A stretch of DNA of 64,000 nt from Lachnospiraceae bacterium (GCA_017436305.1 JAFSDJ010000082.1:33199-97198), one strand, 5' to 3'; numbered from the stretch's first letter, positions 18,860 to 28,128 are shown. Notes: generated from the sequence alone by a model not told the origin. A program made the numbers and translations.

Positions 18860-20734
18860 ATGTTTGATATACAGGAAGAATTAAAAAAGCTTCCGGGCAG
18901 CCCCGGAGTTTATATAATGCATGATAATAAAGATGCCATCATATATGTAGGAAAGGCCATTAATTTAAGAAACAGAGTACGTTCTTACTTTCGGGAAAGC
19001 ACTAATAAAACCGTAAAAATTCAAAAAATGGTTTCCTTAATTTCCTACTTCGAGTACATTGTCACTGATTCAGAGCTGGAAGCACTTGTTTTAGAAAACA
19101 ATCTGATTAAGGAACACCGACCCAAATATAATACTATGTTAAAGGATGATAAAACCTATCCTTACATTAAGGTTACTATGGGGGAAGAGTTTCCGAGAAT
19201 CCTATTTTCCAGGTATATGAAAAAGGACAAATCCAAATACTATGGTCCATACACAAGTGCTGCCAGCGTAAAGGACACCATAGATTTAATGAACAAGCTG
19301 TATCACCTGCGTACCTGTAGCCGAAACCTTCCAAGAGACGTTGGAAAAGACCGGGCATGCTTAAACTACCATATGCACCAGTGTGACGCCCCCTGCATTG
19401 GAGCCATATCCAAGGAACAGTACAGGGAACAGGTTCAGAAAGCGCTGGAATTTCTAAATGGCAATTATAAGGAAATTTTAAAAGAGTTAGAAGAAAAAAT
19501 GGTAAAAGCCTCTGAAGAGTTAGATTTTGAGCAGGCGGCACAGTACAGGGATTTGCTAAATAGTGTAAAAGCAGTGGCACAAAAGCAGAAAATTACAGAA
19601 AGTACAGGAGAGGACAAGGATGTAATTGCCCTTGCCAAGGATGACAGGGATGCAGTAGTGCAGGTATTTTTCATAAGAGACGGCAAACTTATTGGTAGAG
19701 AACATTTCTATATGACAAATGTGTCAGAAAATACCGACGGAGAAATAATAGACAGCTTTTTAAAGCAGTTTTACGCAGGTACTCCCTATCTGCCTAAAAC
19801 CATTATGTTATCTGACCAAATTGAAGAAGCAGAATTAATCGAAGAATGGCTTTCCGGCAGAAAGGGAAACCGTGTAAAAATTGTAGTACCCAAAAAAGGT
19901 ACAAAAGAAAAGTTGGTAGAGTTAGCAGCCAGAAACGCAGCCTTAGTGTTAGGACAGGACAAGGAACGGATTAAGCGGGAAGAAGGCAGAACAATCGGTG
20001 CCGTAAAGGAAATTGCAGAACTGTTAAATATGCCGGAAATTAAGCGGATTGAAGCATACGATATTTCCAATATGAACGGTTTTGAAACAGTAGGCTCCAT
20101 GGTTGTTTATGAGAAAGGAAAACCAAGGCGTAGTGACTACAGAAAGTTTAAAATCAAATCTGTAACAGGTCCCGATGATTACGGCTCAATGAAGGAAGTA
20201 CTTACCAGACGATTTATACATGGACTGGAAGAAAAGAAGGAACTGAAAGAAAAGCAGATTGATGACGAGTTTGGAAGCTTTACAAGATTTCCGGATTTAC
20301 TTTTTATGGATGGGGGAAAAGGACAGGTAAATATTGCAATAGAAGTGCTAAAAGAGTTAAATATCCACATTCCGGTATGCGGAATGGTAAAGGACGATAA
20401 CCACCGCACAAGAGGTCTTTATTTTAACAATGAGGAGATTGATATTGATAAGTCTTCAGAGGGCTTTCGGTTGATTACAAGAATTCAGGACGAGGCACAC
20501 CGGTTTGCTATTGAATACCACCGCTCTCTTCGCAGAAAAACAAACGTAAAATCCGTACTTGACCATATTCCGGGCATAGGTCCCAAAAGACGCAAAGGTC
20601 TCATGCGTCATTTTAAATCCATAGAGGAAATCAAAGAGGCAACTGTGGAGCAGCTTATTGAAGTGCCGGAAATGAATGAAAAGGCGGCAAATGAAATCTA
20701 TCAGTTTTTTAGAAAAGTTACCGTTCACAAGTGA
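18860..20734 (+). CDS. uvrC: Excinuclease ABC subunit C
   Basis: GIY-YIG motifs ([22 protein letters not shown]), a UVR domain and a C-terminal HhH. ATG 18860 is preferred over GTG 18848. Confidence 0.95.
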   Translation: MFDIQEELKKLPGSPGVYIMHDNKDAIIYVGKAINLRNRVRSYFRESTNKTVKIQKMVSLISYFEYIVTDSELEALVLENNLIKEHRPKYNTMLKDDKTYPYIKVTMGEEFPRILFSRYMKKDKSKYYGPYTSAASVKDTIDLMNKLYHLRTCSRNLPRDVGKDRACLNYHMHQCDAPCIGAISKEQYREQVQKALEFLNGNYKEILKELEEKMVKASEELDFEQAAQYRDLLNSVKAVAQKQKITESTGEDKDVIALAKDDRDAVVQVFFIRDGKLIGREHFYMTNVSENTDGEIIDSFLKQFYAGTPYLPKTIMLSDQIEEAELIEEWLSGRKGNRVKIVVPKKGTKEKLVELAARNAALVLGQDKERIKREEGRTIGAVKEIAELLNMPEIKRIEAYDISNMNGFETVGSMVVYEKGKPRRSDYRKFKIKSVTGPDDYGSMKEVLTRRFIHGLEEKKELKEKQIDDEFGSFTRFPDLLFMDGGKGQVNIAIEVLKELNIHIPVCGMVKDDNHRTRGLYFNNEEIDIDKSSEGFRLITRIQDEAHRFAIEYHRSLRRKTNVKSVLDHIPGIGPKRRKGLMRHFKSIEEIKEATVEQLIEVPEMNEKAANEIYQFFRKVTVHK

Positions 20735-20744
20735 CCGGTAACTA

Positions 20745-20786
20745 TTGGTTTCTGCATGCTAATTCGCTCCGCGAAGCAGAAACCAA
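20745..20786 (+). terminator. Hairpin downstream of uvrC (probable terminator; weak T tract)
   Basis: 11-bp perfect stem ttggtttctgc / gcagaaaccaa with a 20-nt loop. Confidence 0.5.
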
Positions 20787-20794
20787 CTCTTGTA

Positions 20795-20850
20795 TCATGC
20801 TATTACGCAGCCTGACAGCAAGTGTCTGGCTGCTGTGTGAACAGCAATGT
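20795..20850 (+). repeat. Intergenic hairpin repeat element, copy A
   Basis: tcatgctattacgcagcctgacagcaagtgtctggctgctgtgtgaacagcaatgt. It has close relatives at 58053-58101 (same strand) and 32881-32935 (reverse complement). Confidence 0.85.
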
Positions 20851-20966
20851 AAAATAGCCACTAATTTTCTTGCGGCATACTATTTTCTATGATAAAATGA
20901 AACAAGTGTAGCGGGCTTTTTGTACATGCCCACAAATCTGCTAAATACAAGGCAAGGAGAAGACAT

Positions 20967-21920
20967 ATGGCTAAAGTAAGTTTAAAAACGATTATAGAAA
21001 ATTTTAAGCTGGAGAATCTTACACCGGAAATTGACATTAAAAAAGTGAAGATTACCCAGCCGGATATTAACAGACCGGCACTTCAGTTAGCCGGATATTT
21101 CGAGCATTATGAAGCAACCAGACTTCAAATTATCGGTTTTGTAGAGTATACCTATATGGCATGCTTAGAAGATGAAAGAAAAAAAGAAATTTACGAAAAG
21201 CTTTTGTCTTGTCCTATTCCTGTTATTATATTCTGTAGAGAATTAAAGCCGGACCCATTATTTTTAAAAATTGCCCTTGAAAAGCAAGTGCCACTCCTTA
21301 TGACAAAGAAGTCAACTTCAGCTTTTTCAGCAGAGATTATCCGCTGGCTGAATGTGAAGCTTGCTCCTTGTATTTCCGTTCATGGGGTTTTAGTAGACGT
21401 TTATGGTGAAGGTCTTTTGATTACAGGAGAAAGCGGTATTGGTAAGTCAGAGGCGGCTTTGGAGCTTATTAAGAGAGGTCACCGTCTTGTAACCGATGAC
21501 GTAGTAGAGATCAGAAAGGTCAGCGACGAAACCTTAATCGGTTCTGCGCCTGACATTACAAAGCACTTTATCGAAATCAGAGGTATTGGTATTGTAGACG
21601 TAAAAACCTTGTATGGTGTATCCAGTGTTAAGGATACCCAGTCCATTGATTTGGTTATCCGTCTAGAGGACTGGAGCAAGGATAAAGAATACGACAGACT
21701 TGGTTTAGAGGAAGAATACACAGAATATCTGGGCAACAAAATTGCTTGCCATAGTATTCCGATCAGACCTGGCCGTAACTTAGCTGTAATTTGTGAGTCA
21801 GCAGCGGTTAACCATCGTCAGAAGAAGATGGGTTACAATGCAGCACAGGAATTATATACCCGTGTGCAGAATTCTTTGGCAAAGAGAAGAGAAGATGATG
21901 ATGAGGAAGAAGGAGAATAG
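20967..21920 (+). CDS. hprK: HPr kinase/phosphorylase
   Basis: P-loop GESGIGKSE, a conserved C-terminal catalytic domain and an acidic tail. Confidence 0.95.
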   Translation: MAKVSLKTIIENFKLENLTPEIDIKKVKITQPDINRPALQLAGYFEHYEATRLQIIGFVEYTYMACLEDERKKEIYEKLLSCPIPVIIFCRELKPDPLFLKIALEKQVPLLMTKKSTSAFSAEIIRWLNVKLAPCISVHGVLVDVYGEGLLITGESGIGKSEAALELIKRGHRLVTDDVVEIRKVSDETLIGSAPDITKHFIEIRGIGIVDVKTLYGVSSVKDTQSIDLVIRLEDWSKDKEYDRLGLEEEYTEYLGNKIACHSIPIRPGRNLAVICESAAVNHRQKKMGYNAAQELYTRVQNSLAKRREDDDEEEGE

Positions 21921-21923
21921 AAT

Positions 21924-22859
21924 ATGAGCGAATATTGTTTTGGTGTTGATATAGGTGGAACTACAATTAAATTAGGACTTTTTAACGAAGACGGAGTTGT
22001 TCTTGATAAATGGGAAATCAAAACCCGTACAGAAGAAAATGGACAAAATATTCTTCCTGATGTAGCAGAATCCATTCAGGCGAAAATGGAAGAAAAATCC
22101 ATCAACAAGGAAAATATAATTGGTGTTGGAATGGGTGTTCCCGGTCCTGTTGATAAAAAAGGTGTTGTTTACAATTGTGTAAACTTAGGCTGGGGACAGT
22201 TTAACGTAAATGAAACATTAGGCAAGCTTCTGGATATGCCTGTTAAATGCGGAAATGATGCAAACGTAGCAGCACTTGGTGAAATGTGGAAGGGTGGCGG
22301 ACAAGGCTACAAAAACCTTGTAGTAGTTACTCTCGGTACCGGTGTTGGCGGCGGAATTATTATTGATGGTGAGATTTTAACCGGTGCTAACGGTGCAGGC
22401 GGTGAGATTGGTCATATTCACATTCAGGATGGCGAGTTAGAGCCATGTGGCTGTGGCAATTATGGCTGTCTTGAACAGTACGCATCTGCTACAGGTATTG
22501 TACGTCTGGCAAAAAGAAAATTAGCAACCGTTGATAAAGTAACTGTATTAAAGAAAGATACTGTAACTGCAAAGGATGTATGGGATGCGGTAAAATTTGG
22601 TGATGAAGTAGCTGTAGAAGTAGCAGAATGCTTTGGAGAATATTTAGGAAAAGGTCTTGCTAACATAGCAGCTGTTGTTAATCCGGAAGCTTTCGTAATT
22701 GGCGGCGGTGTATCGAAGGCAGGAAAAGTGCTTCTTGACTATATTCAGGACAGCTACAAGGAATATGTATTCCACGGAAGCCGTAATGCCAAATTTGAGC
22801 TTGCAACATTAGAAAACGATGCAGGAATTTTCGGAGCTGCCAAATTAGTATTAGAATAG
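21924..22859 (+). CDS. glcK: ROK-family glucokinase
   Basis: N-terminal GVDIGGTTIKLG and the ROK zinc motif CGCGNYGCLEQY. Confidence 0.9.
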   Translation: MSEYCFGVDIGGTTIKLGLFNEDGVVLDKWEIKTRTEENGQNILPDVAESIQAKMEEKSINKENIIGVGMGVPGPVDKKGVVYNCVNLGWGQFNVNETLGKLLDMPVKCGNDANVAALGEMWKGGGQGYKNLVVVTLGTGVGGGIIIDGEILTGANGAGGEIGHIHIQDGELEPCGCGNYGCLEQYASATGIVRLAKRKLATVDKVTVLKKDTVTAKDVWDAVKFGDEVAVEVAECFGEYLGKGLANIAAVVNPEAFVIGGGVSKAGKVLLDYIQDSYKEYVFHGSRNAKFELATLENDAGIFGAAKLVLE

Positions 22860-22920
22860 AAAAAAAGATTTTCACATATGTTAGGAAAAAAGAAAGAAAC
22901 ATAAAGGTGGGAGAATCAAC

Positions 22921-23832
22921 ATGAGTGCAGCTCTCTATAATTATTTAACAGATGTTCTTGGAAAAGACAATGTACTAAGGCAGGAGTCTATGGCTTCTCA
23001 CACTACTTTCAGGGTAGGCGGAGAAGCAGAGTATTTTGCTAAAATTCAGAATAGAGAACAGTTAGCAACTGTTATAAAGTACTTAAAAAAAATAGGATAT
23101 CCTTATTTTATACTGGGCAACGGTAGTAATATTCTGGTGGGCGATAAAGGTTATCAAGGTATTGTATTAGATTTAAGTGCAGGACTAAAAAACATAGAAA
23201 TAAAAGATAAGAGGGTTAAGGCAGAAGCCGGTGCCCTCCTTTCTACTGTGGCAGCAAAGGTATGTGAAGCCAATCTTTCAGGATTTGAATTTGCTTCCGG
23301 TATACCGGGAACCATTGGTGGAGCAGTAGTTATGAATGCCGGTGCTTATGATGGAGAAATGAAGCAGGTTGTAGAAAGTGTAACCGTTCTAAATGAAGAC
23401 GGTGAGTTTATGGATTTGGATAATGAAACCATGGAATTTAGCTACCGCAACAGCATTATTAAAAACCGTCCTTTTATTGTGGTAGAAACAACCCTTTTAT
23501 TAGCAGATGGGAAAAAAGAAGAAATCAGACAAAAAATGGATGAGTTAAATGCAAAAAGAAGGGAAAAACAGCCTTTAAACTATCCCAGCGCAGGCAGCAC
23601 CTTTAAAAGACCGGAAGGACACTTTGCAGGTAAGCTGATTATGGATGCAGGGCTTAGAGGTTTCAGAATTGGCGGAGCGAGAGTTTCTGAAAAACACTGT
23701 GGCTTTATTATTAATGAAGGAAATGCAACAGCAACAGATGTGGCAGACTTAATCGATGAAGTAACAGAACGGGTAAAAGAGAAATTTGGAGTTACTTTAG
23801 AGACAGAGATTATTAAAATTGGAGATTTTTAA
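22921..23832 (+). CDS. murB: UDP-N-acetylenolpyruvoylglucosamine reductase
   Basis: HTTFRVGG FAD-binding N-terminus and the type II MurB C-terminal domain. Confidence 0.95.
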   Translation: MSAALYNYLTDVLGKDNVLRQESMASHTTFRVGGEAEYFAKIQNREQLATVIKYLKKIGYPYFILGNGSNILVGDKGYQGIVLDLSAGLKNIEIKDKRVKAEAGALLSTVAAKVCEANLSGFEFASGIPGTIGGAVVMNAGAYDGEMKQVVESVTVLNEDGEFMDLDNETMEFSYRNSIIKNRPFIVVETTLLLADGKKEEIRQKMDELNAKRREKQPLNYPSAGSTFKRPEGHFAGKLIMDAGLRGFRIGGARVSEKHCGFIINEGNATATDVADLIDEVTERVKEKFGVTLETEIIKIGDF

Positions 23833-23891
23833 ATAAGAATCAAATGTTACTGGTTATATGTGAACAGTAAAAGCACATGAGGAGGAGCAAG

Positions 23892-24743
23892 ATGAGATTT
23901 GTAGTTGTAACAGGTATGAGTGGCGGCGGTAAAAGTACTGCCATGAAAATGCTGGAAGATGCAGGTTTTTACTGCGTAGATAATTTACCTGTATCACTTA
24001 TTTCCACATTTGCAGAATTAATTACTCCTCCAAACAGCACCATAGAAAAAGCAGCTTTGGGTTTGGATGTGCGTTCAGAAGGATCCTTTGAACAAATGAA
24101 TCAGGTGTTAGATACCTTGAAAGAAAAAGGATACGAATTTGAACTTTTGTTTATGGATGCTTCTGATACCGTTTTAGTAAAGCGATACAAAGAAACAAGG
24201 CGAATTCATCCGGTAGATGGTCAGGGCAGTATCGAAGAAAGTATAAAAAAAGAGCGTAAAATGTTGAAAAGTATTTATAACAGGGCAGATTATGTGATTG
24301 ATACAACCAGACTTCTTACAAGGGAATTAAAGGAAGAACTTGACCGCATATTTTTAAAAAATGAAGAATATAATAGCCTTATGATAAATGTAATGTCCTT
24401 TGGTTTCAAGCATGGGATTCCTTTAGATGCAGATTTAGTATTTGACGTACGCTTTCTTCCAAATCCGTTCTATATTGACGAATTAAAAGAAAAAACCGGC
24501 AATGATGCAGAAGTAAGTGACTATGTAATGAGTTTTCCGGAAGCGGAGGAGTTTTTGAAAAAACTTACAGACATGATAAAATTCCTCATTCCAAATTACG
24601 TAAAAGAAGGAAAATACCGGTTGGTAGTTGCCATTGGCTGTACCGGCGGAAAACATAGAAGCGTTACTTTGGCAAATGCTCTTTATAAGGCACTTAAAAA
24701 TCAGGGAAATTATGGCTTATCCATAAATCATAGAGATGCGTGA
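23892..24743 (+). CDS. rapZ: RNase adapter / nucleotide-binding protein RapZ (YvcJ)
   Basis: P-loop VTGMSGGGKS and C-terminal GCTGGKHRSV. ATG 23892 lies 6 nt after GGAGG, and the track ATG 23877 precedes that RBS. Confidence 0.93.
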   Translation: MRFVVVTGMSGGGKSTAMKMLEDAGFYCVDNLPVSLISTFAELITPPNSTIEKAALGLDVRSEGSFEQMNQVLDTLKEKGYEFELLFMDASDTVLVKRYKETRRIHPVDGQGSIEESIKKERKMLKSIYNRADYVIDTTRLLTRELKEELDRIFLKNEEYNSLMINVMSFGFKHGIPLDADLVFDVRFLPNPFYIDELKEKTGNDAEVSDYVMSFPEAEEFLKKLTDMIKFLIPNYVKEGKYRLVVAIGCTGGKHRSVTLANALYKALKNQGNYGLSINHRDA

Positions 24744-24807
24744 TAAGCCTTTCAATAATACTATATTATAAAAGCACTTCGTGTAAACGATGCGCAGCTT
24801 CGCGCGG

Positions 24808-24872
24808 GGAACAAAAGCTGTGCTATGTGGGTAACTTAAGACGCGGAGTGTGCGATAGCACACTTTTGTTCC
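24808..24872 (+). other. Long imperfect hairpin in the rapZ-whiA spacer
   Basis: ggaacaaaag(c)tgtgctat ... atagcacacttttgttcc forms 10+8 bp with one bulged C and a 28-nt loop. It ends 8 nt before the whiA GGAGG. Confidence 0.8.
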
Positions 24873-24889
24873 AAGGTTTGGAGGCACAT

Positions 24890-25822
24890 ATGTCATTTTC
24901 CAAAAGTGTAAAAGAAGAACTGGTAGAGGTTTTAAGTTCTTCCCGCCATTGCCAAATTGCTGAAATTGCTGCAATTGTTGAATTTTGCGGTAAAATTGTG
25001 GAAGAAGAAGGCAGAATATCTTTAAAAATTCAAACAGAAAATAAAACTGTGGCAAGAAAATACTTTACATTAGTAAGGAAAGCATTTAATATATATTCTG
25101 ATGTGGTAGTCCGCCTAAATGGCAAACAGGGGAAAATTTTCATATATGTATTGGAAGTGTCAGGAAACAAAAATGCAGAAAGTATTTTAAAGACCATCAA
25201 ATATGAAGATAATATAGTAAGTCCCCTTCTGTTAAAAAACAATTGCTGTAAACGGGCATTTTTAAGGGGTGCCTATGCTGCTGTTGGTTCCATGAGTGCA
25301 CCGGAAAAGGGATATCATTTAGAGTTCGTGTGTACAAAGGAAAGTCAGGCGAAGCAGTTGGTTAGTATATTACAGGATTTTTCTCTGGATGGGAAAATAG
25401 TTCTTCGCAAAAAATACTATGTAGTATATTTAAAGGAAAGCGAAGGAATTGTAGATTTACTAAACATTATGGAGGCTCACAAGGCTTTAATGGAGCTTGA
25501 AAATCTTCGAATATTAAAAGAAGTGAGAAATTCCGTTAACAGAAGAGTCAATTGCGAAGCAGCCAATATTACAAAAACAGTAAATGCAGCAGCAAAGCAG
25601 GTGGAAGATATTCTGTTCATAAAGGAACACCATGGACTAAAGAAACTACCGGACAACTTACAGGAAATAGCCCAGGTGCGTTTGGAAAATCCGGATGTGG
25701 CTTTAAAAGAGTTGGGTCAGCTATTGGACCCACCAGTAGGGAAGTCAGGAGTAAATCACAGGCTGAGAAAGCTTACAGAGATTGCCAGGCGGTTAAAGGT
25801 GCAAGAGGAGGAAAAATTATGA
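24890..25822 (+). CDS. whiA: DNA-binding sporulation/cell-division regulator WhiA (YvcL)
   Basis: The N-terminus MSFSKSVKEEL is typical of WhiA, with a LAGLIDADG-like core and a C-terminal HTH (SGVNHRLRKL). GGAGG lies 5 nt upstream of ATG 24890. The track extension from 24740 is rejected. Confidence 0.93.
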   Translation: MSFSKSVKEELVEVLSSSRHCQIAEIAAIVEFCGKIVEEEGRISLKIQTENKTVARKYFTLVRKAFNIYSDVVVRLNGKQGKIFIYVLEVSGNKNAESILKTIKYEDNIVSPLLLKNNCCKRAFLRGAYAAVGSMSAPEKGYHLEFVCTKESQAKQLVSILQDFSLDGKIVLRKKYYVVYLKESEGIVDLLNIMEAHKALMELENLRILKEVRNSVNRRVNCEAANITKTVNAAAKQVEDILFIKEHHGLKKLPDNLQEIAQVRLENPDVALKELGQLLDPPVGKSGVNHRLRKLTEIARRLKVQEEEKL

Positions 25823-26079
25823 TTCAAAGATCTATGACAATTCAGTTAACAAGTGGATTGGAAGCAAGACCGGTTGCAGTACTGGTTCAGAAAGCAAGTC
25901 AATATGACAGTACCGTTTATATTGAAGCAGAAGGCAAAAAAGTAAATGCAAAGAGCATTATGGGAATGATGAGCCTTGGACTTGACAAGGGCGAAGAAGT
26001 GACCGTTATTACAGATGGTTCAGATGAATCAGATGCAATGAGCAGTATTGAAGCATATTTAAGCGGACAAGAGAAATAA
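25819..26079 (+). CDS. crh: HPr-family protein of the Crh type (Ser46 region present, His15 replaced by Glu)
   Basis: 86 aa (MIQRSMTIQLTSGLEARP...GKKVNAKSIMG). ATG 25819 overlaps the whiA stop (ATGA). Only the last 87 codons of track ORF 25552-26079 are credible. Confidence 0.85.
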   Translation: MIQRSMTIQLTSGLEARPVAVLVQKASQYDSTVYIEAEGKKVNAKSIMGMMSLGLDKGEEVTVITDGSDESDAMSSIEAYLSGQEK

Positions 26080-26100
26080 TAGAATTAAGGGAAATAAGGG

Positions 26101-26125
26101 GGGACACTGTTTTGTGTTCCCTTTT
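26101..26125 (+). terminator. Probable terminator after the crh-like gene
   Basis: gggacac / gtgt(t)ccc stem followed by TTTT. Confidence 0.55.
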
Positions 26126-26164
26126 GATATATTGTATAACCGATTTGATATATTGTATAACCGA
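26123..26164 (+). repeat. Perfect 21-bp tandem direct repeat (x2) in the dagK-like promoter region
   Basis: tttgatatattgtataaccga occurs at 26123-26143 and 26144-26164, and a third tataaccg lies at 26168-26175. The second copy gives TTGATA-17 nt-TATAAC (26145-26173). Confidence 0.9.
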
Positions 26165-26192
26165 ATATATAACCGGTAGTAAGGAGGACCTT

Positions 26193-27098
26193 ATGGAAAA
26201 TAAAAAAATGCTTTTTATTTATAATCCTCATGCAGGAAAGGCAAGTATCAGAAGTAATTTGTTAGATATGATTGATATTTTTACAAAGGCAGGCTTTGAA
26301 GTCACTGCTTATCCAACTCAAAAAAAAGGAGATGCGATTAAAGCTACAAGAGAGAGAAGTAGTGATTTTCAGGTATTGGCCTGTAGCGGTGGCGATGGTA
26401 CTCTAGACGAGGTGGTTACCGGCATGATGGAATGTGAAAAGCGCATTCCTATTGGATATGTACCGGCTGGAACTACCAATGATTTTGCCAAAAGTCTCAA
26501 AATTCCTTCTAATATGTTAAAGGCAGCCCGGGCTATTGTGGATGGAAAAATTTTTCCGTGTGATATAGGTGCCTTTAACGATGATACTTTTGTTTATATT
26601 GCAGCATTTGGATTATTTACAGATGTTTCCTATGCAACGGATCAGCAGATAAAAAATGTATTAGGACACATGGCATACGTGCTGGAAGGAGCTAAAAGAA
26701 TTAATTCCATTCCTTCTTATCATGTAAAGTATTCCCATGACGGAATAGAAAATGAAGGGGATTTTGTTTTTGGCATGATAACCAATTCTCTTTCTGTGGG
26801 AGGTTTTCGGAAAATTACAGGAAAAAATGTAGAACTGGATGACGGGCTTTTTGAAGTAACCCTGATAAAAAAGCCTAAAAACATGATTGAGTTAAATCTG
26901 ATTCTTACCTCTTTGATAGGAAGAAAAATTGTTACGGAATATATGGACTGTTTCAAAACCAATAAGCTTGTGATTGAAACACAGGAAGAGATTCCCTGGA
27001 CTTTAGATGGTGAATTTGGTGGAAATCATTCTAAAGTAACTGTAAAGAATGAAAAACAGGCACTTAAAATTATTATTCCGGATAAAGAACGGGAATAA
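26193..27098 (+). CDS. Diacylglycerol/lipid kinase family protein (DagK/YegS-like)
   Basis: NPHAGK and GGDGTLDEV motifs. AAGGAGG lies 5 nt upstream of ATG 26193, so the track start at 26112 (TTG) is rejected. Confidence 0.9.
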   Translation: MENKKMLFIYNPHAGKASIRSNLLDMIDIFTKAGFEVTAYPTQKKGDAIKATRERSSDFQVLACSGGDGTLDEVVTGMMECEKRIPIGYVPAGTTNDFAKSLKIPSNMLKAARAIVDGKIFPCDIGAFNDDTFVYIAAFGLFTDVSYATDQQIKNVLGHMAYVLEGAKRINSIPSYHVKYSHDGIENEGDFVFGMITNSLSVGGFRKITGKNVELDDGLFEVTLIKKPKNMIELNLILTSLIGRKIVTEYMDCFKTNKLVIETQEEIPWTLDGEFGGNHSKVTVKNEKQALKIIIPDKERE

Positions 27099-27211
27099 AC
27101 CAATTGTTATAATTTTATAAAAATTTTTCCTATTCCATATTCCATTTTAAAAAAAGATAGGGTATAATAAGTGGGAAAAAGATTAAGTTTTAACAAACGG
27201 AGGTAAATAAA

Positions 27212-28075
27212 ATGTTAGTATCAGCAAAAGAAATGCTTGATAAAGCAAAAGCTGGCCACTATGCAGTTGGTCAATTTAACATCAACAACTTAGAGTGGAC
27301 AAAAGCTATTTTACAGACAGCTCAGGAATGCAATTCCCCAGTTATCTTAGGTGTATCTGAAGGTGCTGGTAAGTACATGACAGGTTACAAAACTGTTGTA
27401 GGTATGGTAAATGGTATGATTGAAGAATTAGGCATTACTGTTCCTGTAGCACTTCACTTAGACCACGGTAGCTATGATCACTGCTACAAATGTATCGAAG
27501 CTGGTTTCTCTTCAGTTATGTTTGATGGTTCTCACTATCCAATCGAAGAAAACGTAGCTAAGACAAAAGAATTAGTTGCAGCAGCTCACGCTAAAGGAAT
27601 CTCTATCGAAGCAGAAGTTGGTTCTATCGGTGGAGAAGAAGATGGTGTTGTAGGTGCAGGTGAATGTGCAGATCCTAATGAATGTAAAGCTGTAGCTGAC
27701 TTAGGAATCGACTTCTTAGCAGCAGGTATCGGTAATATTCACGGAAAATATCCTGAAAACTGGGCAGGTTTATCATTCGAAACATTAGATGCTATTCAGC
27801 AGTTAACAGGTGATTTACCATTAGTACTTCACGGTGGTACAGGTATCCCTGCTGATATGATCAAAAAAGCTATCTCTTTAGGAGTTGCTAAGATTAACGT
27901 AAATACAGAATGTCAGTTATCTTTTGCAGCAGCTACTCGTGAATACATCGAAGCTGGCAAAGATAAAGAAGGTAAAGGCTTTGACCCACGTAAGTTATTA
28001 GCACCAGGTGCTGAAGCTATCAAAGCTACTGTAAAAGAAAAAATGGAATTATTTGGTTCTGTAGGAAAAGCTTAA
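27212..28075 (+). CDS. fba: Class II fructose-1,6-bisphosphate aldolase
   Basis: 287 aa with the HLDHG metal site, strong similarity in length and motifs to Bacillus-type FbaA, and highly biased codon usage. Confidence 0.95.
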   Translation: MLVSAKEMLDKAKAGHYAVGQFNINNLEWTKAILQTAQECNSPVILGVSEGAGKYMTGYKTVVGMVNGMIEELGITVPVALHLDHGSYDHCYKCIEAGFSSVMFDGSHYPIEENVAKTKELVAAAHAKGISIEAEVGSIGGEEDGVVGAGECADPNECKAVADLGIDFLAAGIGNIHGKYPENWAGLSFETLDAIQQLTGDLPLVLHGGTGIPADMIKKAISLGVAKINVNTECQLSFAAATREYIEAGKDKEGKGFDPRKLLAPGAEAIKATVKEKMELFGSVGKA

Positions 28076-28099
28076 TTGTTTTTTTAATAGGACAAGTTA

Positions 28100-28128
28100 G
28101 GGAGACTGCGATTGTGGTCTCCTTTTTG
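28100..28128 (+). terminator. Intrinsic terminator after fba
   Basis: ggagac / gtctcc stem followed by a T5 run. Confidence 0.8.

Noticed and set aside
20797-20892. A 31-codon ORF (MLLRSLTASVWLLCEQ...) starting inside repeat copy A. A related peptide (MLLRSLIVSVRLLYES...) starts track ORF 32730-32933(-) in copy C.
   Set aside because: The peptide similarity simply reflects the DNA repeat. Copy B has no start codon in that frame. There is no RBS. The substitutions are not biased toward synonymous changes, and the downstream parts are unrelated. An RNA- or DNA-level element explains the data better.
24740-24889. A 50-codon upstream extension of whiA starting at GTG 24740.
   Set aside because: It would overlap the rapZ stop, run through the big hairpin and encode Cys/Arg-rich junk. 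GGAGG precedes ATG 24890, which gives the canonical WhiA N-terminus.
25552-25818. The upstream 89 codons of track ORF 25552-26079.
   Set aside because: They lie out of frame inside whiA. Only the part from ATG 25819 onward is HPr-like.
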